Part shown: one piece after another, positions 54,653-64,000 of the stretch | Layout of the letters: each line of letters begins with the position of its first letter | How positions within the stretch are numbered: the stretch's first letter is position 1 | Origin: the human T2T-CHM13v2.0 reference genome, Homo sapiens | Strand: one strand, 5' to 3' | NCBI RefSeq assembly: GCF_009914755.1 | Contig: NC_060936.1 | DNA length: 64,000 bases | Notes under the pieces: generated by a model | What the model saw: the letters and a program-made list of their open reading frames with translations, nothing else | Database searches by the model: none | Told to the model about the DNA's origin: nothing | Position numbers and translations under genes: made by a program

Positions 54653-57600
54653 CTAGGCCACCCCCAGGAGGGGAGGTGTGGCTCCTACCTAACCAGTCAG
54701 AAGATAGAATCTAAATGGCCATGGAGATTGGTTCAGGGATGGGCACATGACTCTTGTTAGCCAATGAGGCTCAATTCTTGGACATTTCATGGAAATGCCA
54801 AGAGGAGAGAAGCTTTCTTTAGAGAATGAAACCAGGAGAACGTGTGTTGAGGCTTCTGGGGCAATTACCATGTTGGAAGAGGCTTCCTGAGAGTCATGCC
54901 ATTTCAGAGGAAAGCTAAGCCAGACGGCAAAAAGAATCTAAGTCTTGATGCCCTCCAGACACCGTTTTATTTTACATGTGACTATGAATTTCCTTTTCTA
55001 CTTAAAACCATTTGACCCAAGATTCTGTCATTTACAACTGCCTAGGTGTATCCTAATAAACGTAGGCATCATGAGTATCATTAATAGGAAGTTGAGGGTT
55101 GTTTTCATCAGGAAACAGAACAAATGTAGATAGATAGATGCCTCCAAGTATGATCACGCAAGCCTTTGAAAAATAATTTCTTAATAAAACAAGCAACAGT
55201 TTTTTCTCCACAGTTCTGCATAAATATTGATTAAATTCTTCCCAGGCCTTATTTGGTCTGAGGCCCACACTTGTGATTCAGTATTGTATTTTCAACAGAC
55301 ATTTAATAACATGTTAAGAGTCTCATTGTTACAGACTTTTCTTCCTAGTTGATGCTTCCTGATGACATAGAGAGGCATTTTAATCTCATCAATAACTTGT
55401 CTCCAAGCTATATTTTCAGGAAGGTTTGCTTTTGGAAGCATTCCTGCAGCCAGTTAATTCCATCTGTGGGATGTAACTTACTATTATCTCATGGATTGAC
55501 CTATCATTTCTAGAAGACTAAGGGGCTTATATTTTGGGGTTCATCCAAGGTTCTTTGGGTTGCCAGTGACAGAAATGGACTTTGACTAACTTGGAGAGAA
55601 ATGGGCTTTATTAGAGGGTATCTTACAAAATGGGAAAGTAGAATGAAAACGAGACTTAAAATGGGCAGGAGAAAACCAAGGTAGCAGAGCAGGAATAGGA
55701 AATAGAAACCAATGGCTGGGCTCTTGAGGGCACCAAGGAGATATCCTTTAGTGGAGGAAACTAAAGCATCCTGGTTGAGAGCTTCACCAGACTGCGTCTG
55801 ACAGGGGAAAAGTGGCTGCCCCAAAGGAAATTTGGAATATTGTTGCCAGAAAAAGGTGGAAAAGTTGCTGACAGCAAAACAGGAGCTGACTACTCCATCC
55901 TCTTTGACCTCTTGGTTGACAGAGGGATTGCATTCAGAATTTTTAATAACTAGTATGAGCACTGACAAATCAGAATGGAACTGGCCGTAAACATCTGGGA
56001 TGCCCCTGTTGGTGTACGCGAGCTGAACATCAGTCACAACTGCAGGTAGACATAGTTTTCACTCGTAAAGAATTTAGTTTTCTTTTTCTGAAAGCTGGAT
56101 AAGTAAAAATAAAAAACACTGGTTTCTTATTTACATTGTCTTTCCTTCCTATACATTCATTTCTGGATAATTTTGGAACCAGTGTGTCTAACGAGGAGAG
56201 CCTTGGGCTAGGAATTCTGACATTCTGTCATTTCAACTCTTCGTCTTCAGCTGGGTCCTGCTGTCTTATCTTGATCTGTTTTCCTACCATAAATGTGAGG
56301 CTGGGGACCTTTAAATTCAATGAAATTCAATTCCTGTTTGCCTAGCATATCTCAGCCACAAGTGACAAATTTATTAACTGTAAAAAAGCAACAGTCTCTG
56401 AATAAGACAGCTGCTTGTCTTTTGGTTGTTTTGTTAGACTGAGAAGCAAGATCGCCCAGAACTTGAAGATTTCAGTCTCTCACATTGATAAAAGTTAAAA
56501 GTACACACATGGGCTTCCTGTTTAGCATTTCTGCTGTCAGAGCCAGCTTTAGTTAGATGAAACCCCTCCCCAAAACAAAGCCAAACACTGTCTCTTTTCA
56601 TCTTAGGGAACAACAGCTTAATTGCCTTCCCCATTTAGTAACCATTTAGTAACCAAATACATTGATATGTTCATTAATGAAATGTTTTATGCTATTTGGA
56701 TTCTTTGAGAGGAGAAGAAAAAAAGCTAACCCCAATCTATAAATCAAGTTAAATAATTTCTATTCCCTTCTGCAGGCAACTTTTTCACACTCTCTGTGTG
56801 TTATATTATCTGTGTGAAACAGACGCTGGCAGAGGGAAAAATGACAGGACATTCTAAGCTAATTTAATGAAGTAGCTCCAAATATTGTATCAAAATAAAT
56901 GAAGTGAATAATGCAAGAGCTCATTGTTGGGTCTCTCTACAACAGTAACCATTGTGTGAGTCACACACCAGAGGCAATTCAGACGGATGGCTGAGTTTGA
57001 AGGTGCCACTGTAACATATTACATAGCAAGAAACAATAGGCAGCCTCAATTGCTATATTTAATTTCAGTAATTATTTGAGTCCAGGAACTGAGAAGAAAT
57101 GGGAGAGTAGTGAAGAAAAGTTACAACCCTTTCATGTTTAAGTTTTTGCTTTAAATTTAATGAGATAGCAGCAGACCTGTTTTTGCATTTTAACTCTTCT
57201 AGATCTCTTGGTGGACTACCCATGGGAAATGTTTTTGCTCTAGGGAAGAACATTGCTCAGAAGCTAGTGCCTCTCATTCCAGTGGGATTTTGTCATTTTT
57301 TGACTGTTGAACACCAGTGATCCCTTTAAGAGAGTTGGAAGCTGAAGGTGTGAGATTCTTCTCACAGCTGGGTCAGTACAAGGCTAGGGCTTTGTCAACC
57401 TGAGTCTTCTTCAGGAATTCTGATTCTTGAACCAGAAGTGCGGGGAGGCTGGGGGCTATAGGAGGTCACACCCATGGCAGGAACAGAAGTGGCTTTTGTT
57501 TCCTCTGCTGTGGTATCCAATATCTCACTCTTTGCTGTTCCCTTGGTTCTGTTCATTTCCCAAGCATTTATCCCCAGTCATTTGTTCTCTGAGCCTCTCA

Positions 57601-58744
57601 TCTCTTTTCAATAATGAGTCAATTTCTGTTGCCTGCAACCAAGAAATCTGGCCATCTCCAACAAGCTTTGTAGTGGCAAATGCTGTTTATTTTGGCTCAG
57701 ACAAAAAAAAAAAAAGCAAGGTAGCTTATAAACATCCTGAAGGGGCTTGAAAATAAGAAGACAATGTTCAACAACTTCATTTAACTCTTACTTTATTGAA
57801 CTGTTCTAAATAGTTTATATCTACTCAATCCTCACAACTATATTTTGAGATCGTTCATTATTATTCCCATTTTACAAGTTAGAAAGCTAAAGCAGAGGGA
57901 TGATAAATAAATTACTTTGGTATATAGGACTGGAAGGAAAGGGCCAAGAATTGAACCCTGGTAGTCTGGTTCAAGTTTGACCTTTTAAGTGCCACATTCT
58001 ATTACCTCTACAAAACAATAAAACTACCCAAACTCAAGATGATTGCAAACCACATATCTGTCAGTGGGAAGAGTCTCTTACCGTGTGGCCACAAGAATAG
58101 TGGTTGATTTGGTGGATACAGCTGATTTTGGTGCTACTGCGGTTCCCTAGACATCCCCCAAAATAAAATACCTGAGAGTAATTCTACTTCCCTATTGCCA
58201 ATTGTATTTATACTCCATACTATAACATTAATATAGCAAAGTAGACTAGATATATTATTTATTTTGGGAATAGTGGAGAAAGTATTTGCTGCTTTTAGCA
58301 ATAATCTGGTGGCCATGGCAGTTCTGTGTAGGTCCTGGCTAAGCATGCCATGCCCAGTCCCTCTCAAGCCCTGTAGGATTTGAATTCTTTCTGTCTTAAA
58401 TAGTTCTTTCTTAAATAGTTGAAGCATAACTTTGCATAGGTGATGCTTTGTCATTTTCATATAATCTGTGGACAATATAGGGAAATACCTATAATCATAC
58501 TCAAAATGGCATGTGAGATTTAGGAGCTGTGGTTTACTAAAGTCATTTTTGAAACCAGGAAAGGGATTTATGAGGTTGCTACCTCACAGCTACTTCAGAG
58601 TAACATAGCTGGGGCTGCAAGAGCCTTGGTAAACCCCATTTGAGACTACCTGTAATCCTGGACAGACAGAACACCATTTCCCACGGGGAATTAAGAGACT
58701 GTAATTAATGTCCTCCTGACCAGACCTATATAATCCTTTGCTGA

Positions 58745-59144
<400 letters not shown>

Positions 59145-59427
59145 CAAAGAACTTTGTCTTAATTCTTTTTTTTTTCTTTTTTTTTTTAATAAAGCCTTAA
59201 CCTCTGTTCTTCATGGGTCCACTTAAGCCTTGCCTTGCTACCTTCTCCTCAAATACAGCTTTTGGAAAAGCTTAGCCAACTTCACCCTGATCTGGCTGGC
59301 TTGAAAATAGAATCCAATTCATCTCAAGTGGTCTTGATCCTAAACTCCTCCTTTTCAGAGCAAGGGAAAATACCAGAGCTTGCATCTAAATGGGCGGGAA
59401 TAGCCTTGTTTATTCTCTAGTGAGTTA

Positions 59428-59448
59428 ATCAGCACCATGGACAGATCT
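59428..59448 (+). promoter_or_regulatory. RE1/NRSE (REST binding) motif
   Basis: aTCAGCACCatGGACAGatct: both half-sites exact with the canonical 2-nt spacer. Confidence 0.7.
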
Positions 59449-60204
59449 ACCCATCAGCCCCTGCCTTGCTGTGGTAATGACCAAGTTGGGTGACTTCTGG
59501 GCTCAGCCTTGGTATCATAAATGCATGGTCACTACTCACCCAGCACAGTTAACAGATTGAGAAGCTGCAATTAATATGATAACTTTTCACACAGGACATT
59601 TAATCTATGGATATAAATGACAGGAAATATGTATTGTTTTCAGCTGTGGAAAACTCTGAATCACTTAGAAGTTGTAGCCTCACTTGAACAGCTGAATGCT
59701 TTGTAAACAAAAATGTAAAAAGAGGAAATTAAATTGGGTCCTCTCTGTAGTGGGCATATAGAGATATAAGTTGAGTTTGTTACCTTGAGGGTGTGTGTGC
59801 GAGAGTGTGCAGGCACACCACGTCTGTGCATAGGGTGGGGGTTACGAATGCAGGCTCTGGGGCCAGGTGCACTAATTTCATAGCCCATATCTGCTGTGTA
59901 TGAGCTGTATGAACTTGGGGAACTTCCATGGCTTTTATGAACCTCAATTTTCTCATTTATAGATTAGGAATGGTAACATTTGCCACCATAGGGTAGTTGT
60001 GAGAATGAAATATGTGAACTATCCTTGATCAGTGTTTGGCACATAGTGCTCAATACATTTTGCCTATTTTTCTTTTTTTTCATATTTATAACATACAGTT
60101 GTTTATAGTTTATATTATTATCACTATTGTTATATTGATAGAACTATAATTTAGGTTTAGGAAAATGCACAGAACTGCATATTTTTATTTTTGTTAAAAT
60201 TTGT

Positions 60205-60501
<297 letters not shown>

Positions 60502-63166
60502 TACAAATGTTTAAATATGTAACCACTCCTGAAACCACCACCCAGATTAAGATATAGGACATTAGCAGTACTCCTTGAAGGCTTTCTCATACCCCTTCTA
60601 GGCAATATAACCTTAACAGTAACCACTATTTGGACTCATATCATTATATATTATTTTGCCTGTTGTTGACCTTCCTACAAATGCAATCATATAGTATATT
60701 GCTCTTTTGTGTCTTCTTTTGCTTAACATTGTGTTTGTGAGCACTCAATTCATTTTATCTGTTATTTTTATTTTAACCACACTGTCAAAGAGTATAACCT
60801 CCTTCATTTATTATTTCCTACAATCCCAACATGATTTATTTGTTAGATAGCTGCTAAGAATTGCCTATCTGAAGGTTTCACATACAGATTGAAACTTCCT
60901 GATTCTTCTGAAAATTTCAAAAGCTTGAAGACACTGGGCTTGCATTTCCACATGCCTGATGTGAAGGGGTGGTCACCCCTTTTGGAAAAACATCTCCTCA
61001 GTCCCTACCCCTTTTAATTGTCCTCCTGACACTAAACCCAATTGTCAGTTGCTGTATATCATGATGTGTGCGCTCATGTGCTTCTTATGGGAGAGTCAAG
61101 AGGGAAGCCAGTCATGCTTGTGTTCCAAGAACAATGATAGAGAGGCTCATTCTCTGTGCACGTAAAGATTCTGTGCACCTGTTTAATATGCAAGCAACGT
61201 GCTTCTGTGCTGAAGAAAATGCAGTCGGGTATGACGACTCACACATTTCATTACCTGGCTGGCCCTGGCAGGTACTTGAGTTTCCTGCCCCAGGGGGACA
61301 GTATGGAGACAACGTTGCCATCCAGATTCCAACCTTGTCTTTGCCATGTATCACCACTGGTGTAAACTGATGACACTGACTTCCCTTGTAAACCTTAATA
61401 TCCCCACTGAAAAAGCCAACCACAATGATAGCCACTGTTCTGCTGCCTCTGGATCACAGCTGCCCATGCCTTCTTCCCCAGAGATCATCATAGTGCCAGA
61501 GACACTTATTTCGATGATGGTGAGCTCTGACTCTTCTGCTTCTGAGGCATATATGGGGGTCCTGGAAGCCTGGGGTGACTTTATGTGTCCAGAGAAGAGA
61601 CTCCGCAGATCCTTTATACTATGGGGCCTACAGAATGCTATGTGATAACAAGAAGCCACATTGACTCTATAATAAAGATTAGGGAACCACCATAGCCCCA
61701 CCCAGATGTATCAGTTAGCTCCTGCTGCATAATATACAAGCACTAAACCCACAAGTACTAAACCCAGTGTTAATAAACATTTATCCAATGCATGCATCTC
61801 TGCATTGGCTGGACAGTTCTTAAATCTTGGCTGAGTTTACTGATGTTTCTATGGTCAGCTGGCTGGGCTGTCTTATGTTTGCAGCCTTGACAAGGGCAAC
61901 TGTTCTACATGACTCATTCCTCAGCAAGCTAGCCTGGGCTTGTTACTATGGAGCCAGAAAGTTCTAAAGAATGAGCAGGAGCATTCAAGGGTTCTTGACA
62001 CTTAGGTTTGGAGCTGGCACAATGTTCCATCTACTGTATTTTGTGAACTTAAGGCAAGTGGAAAGGTCAGCTGAGATTCAAAAAGTGGAGAAATATACTC
62101 CCCCCAACCGACACAGTACAGAGATATATTGAAAATAACTACACAATGTATATATAATATCAAATTATCATGTTGTATGCTTTGAGTACATAGAATATCA
62201 ATTAAATATTACAAACTGAAAAAAGGGAAATGATGTGCACATGGGGAGAAGAATTGGTATAATCAACCCATTATACCAGTCCACACCACTAGACAATAGA
62301 GTCCACACTGGCATCGAAGCTTGGAGACACTTATGGGGTCCACACAGGGCTGGAAGAGCCCATATCAGCCCTTTACAGCCTTGGAAGCCAGTACTATGTC
62401 CATGGGGACTGAGGTGCTGTCATAACCCCACAGAAGCAGAGGGCCCCATGAACTCCTTAGCTAGCTTTCTACTGAAGGCCATTTAGGTTGTTCCCAGTGT
62501 TTCATCACGACAGTAAGCTCTGCAAGAAATACCCTTATGCCTTTATCTGTTGTGCAAATGCACGGGTCCAACTGTAGGATAAATTACCTCATGTACTTTG
62601 AAGAGTCAAGTCTTGCCTTTTTTTCTGGCGAGCTATCTAAGTATCTGCATGCAGGCTCCGTACAGGAGCGGAGCTCCTTGCAGCTGGCTTCTGGAGGCTC
62701 ATTCGTCATCGGTGGCAGCAGTGTCTGTGGCCGGCAGCCACCTTCTGCACTGAATTCATTCGCTCGCCACACCTCTGCAGTATTCAGCACTGGTCTTCCC
62801 AACAGCATTCTACTGAGTGTGACTCTCATCTCACTCTGCCACGCACACACACAGCAGAGGGCTGCTTTAAATCCAATCGCCGCTGAATGGTTCAGGAACA
62901 CAGAATCCTGCAGGTCAGCATTATTATTTAAAGAGAAGATTCTTTGCCCATCACTGACCTTGAGAGCTTGCCCAGTGCATGAAGAGGAGTGCCAAATACT
63001 AAGAGGAGAACCATTGATCGGGACTGGAAGGAGGAAGGATGACAGAGAGTCGTAAATGCTTATTAATGGCTTGGGAAGGGACCAAGGCTGGGATTTCCAG
63101 CTTGAAGATAAAAGGACAGAGAGTGAAGTTAAAGAATTGGAATATAAAATTTTAGCATTGGAAGGC

Positions 63167-63335
63167 CAGTTCCCAAACCTGGCTGTACATCAGAATCAAC
63201 TGGGGGAAGCCTTTACAAATACAAACTCCTAGGCCCTGCCCCTGATCAATCAACCGCAAATTCCTCAGAGAGGGGGGGGGTGCTTTTCTATCTAGATTTT
63301 GTAAAAGCTCTCCAAGTAGGTTTCAGGAACCACTG
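63167..63335. mobile_element. MER5A-like hAT MITE
   Basis: cagttcccaaacctggctgtacatcagaatca...ggaaccactg. Confidence 0.65.
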
Positions 63336-63399
63336 ACCTAGCCCAGCGCTGTAATCCACCCCTCAGCATCCGTGAAGGACTAACCTGGTGATATTTACA

Positions 63400-63545
63400 G
63401 CTGCGATAATTCCTGGTTACTGAGCGCTTCCTATAGCCAGCCAATGTGCACCATTTCCTCACCCCCCCTCACAACTCTATGATGTTTGAACAACTATCAT
63501 CCCATTTCACATATGAAATAATTGAGGATTAGAGTGAAGTAAACA
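63400..63545 (-). mobile_element. MIR fragment
   Basis: actgagcgcttcctatagccag...atcccatttcacatatgaaataattgagg. Confidence 0.55.
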
Positions 63546-64000
63546 AGGGAATAGTCATTAAGGAATAGAGAGTCAGTAAACTTCCTCAGCTAGGAATTAG
63601 CGGAGCATAGATTCCAACCAGCGACTGTCCACCCTCAAAACCTCCACCATTTAAACCTTCATTGCATCTTCTGTACCATGGGGTTAACACCAGCAGCAAG
63701 CTCAAATCCGTGTCCCTATGACCCCAAAGCTCCTGCTCTGAACCCACTGGCTTTGCTGCAGCAATGGGGAATATACTTTTGCCCATCAGAGATGATGCCC
63801 ACTGACTTTTCTTACAACTTCTCTATGTTCTAGGTCCCCCGTCCCTAGAGAACCCAAGAAACAGAGTATATATATATATATGTTAAATATGTGTGTTATT
63901 TATGCATATAAGTATAGGTGTACGTGTATGCATTATGTACATGTGAGTTTTCTATGTATATATACATGAGTGTAGATACACATATAACAATGTACATGCA

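Noticed and set aside
62537-63055. 172-aa ORF (also the ORFs at 55510-56037, 11097-11522 and 61068-61701)
   Set aside because: No recognisable domain, and no exon context that I can support; lengths are compatible with chance.

Overview
Primate (almost certainly human) intergenic, repeat-dense DNA with no intact protein-coding gene. The only gene-derived sequence is a full-length processed pseudogene of NLRP9 (22532-26637, + strand; from memory probably the annotated NLRP9P1), bounded by a 16-bp target-site duplication (TSD) and split by an Alu. The rest is about 25 Alus, a full-length but broken L1PA3/PA4-type LINE-1 (46858-53022, - strand), older L1/L2/MIR pieces, many solo LTRs (MER41B, MER61, MST/THE1, MLT1, LTR1/LTR27-like), DNA transposon relics and four tandem arrays. 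The most notable structure is the L1: its TSD encloses an extra ~400 bp 5' of the element. That segment reads as a spliced multi-exon leader starting in an MLT2A LTR and ending at its splice donor, which suggests an L1 mobilised from an embryonic LTR-promoter chimeric transcript. Other highlights are a 55-nt extra exon fossilised in the NLRP9 retrocopy, a MER41B whose two GAS sites now read TTCCTAGAA, several template-switch palindromes, a ~160-bp local templated insertion and a canonical REST/RE1 site. Family names and parent-gene comparisons rest on remembered consensus sequences; no database search was run.
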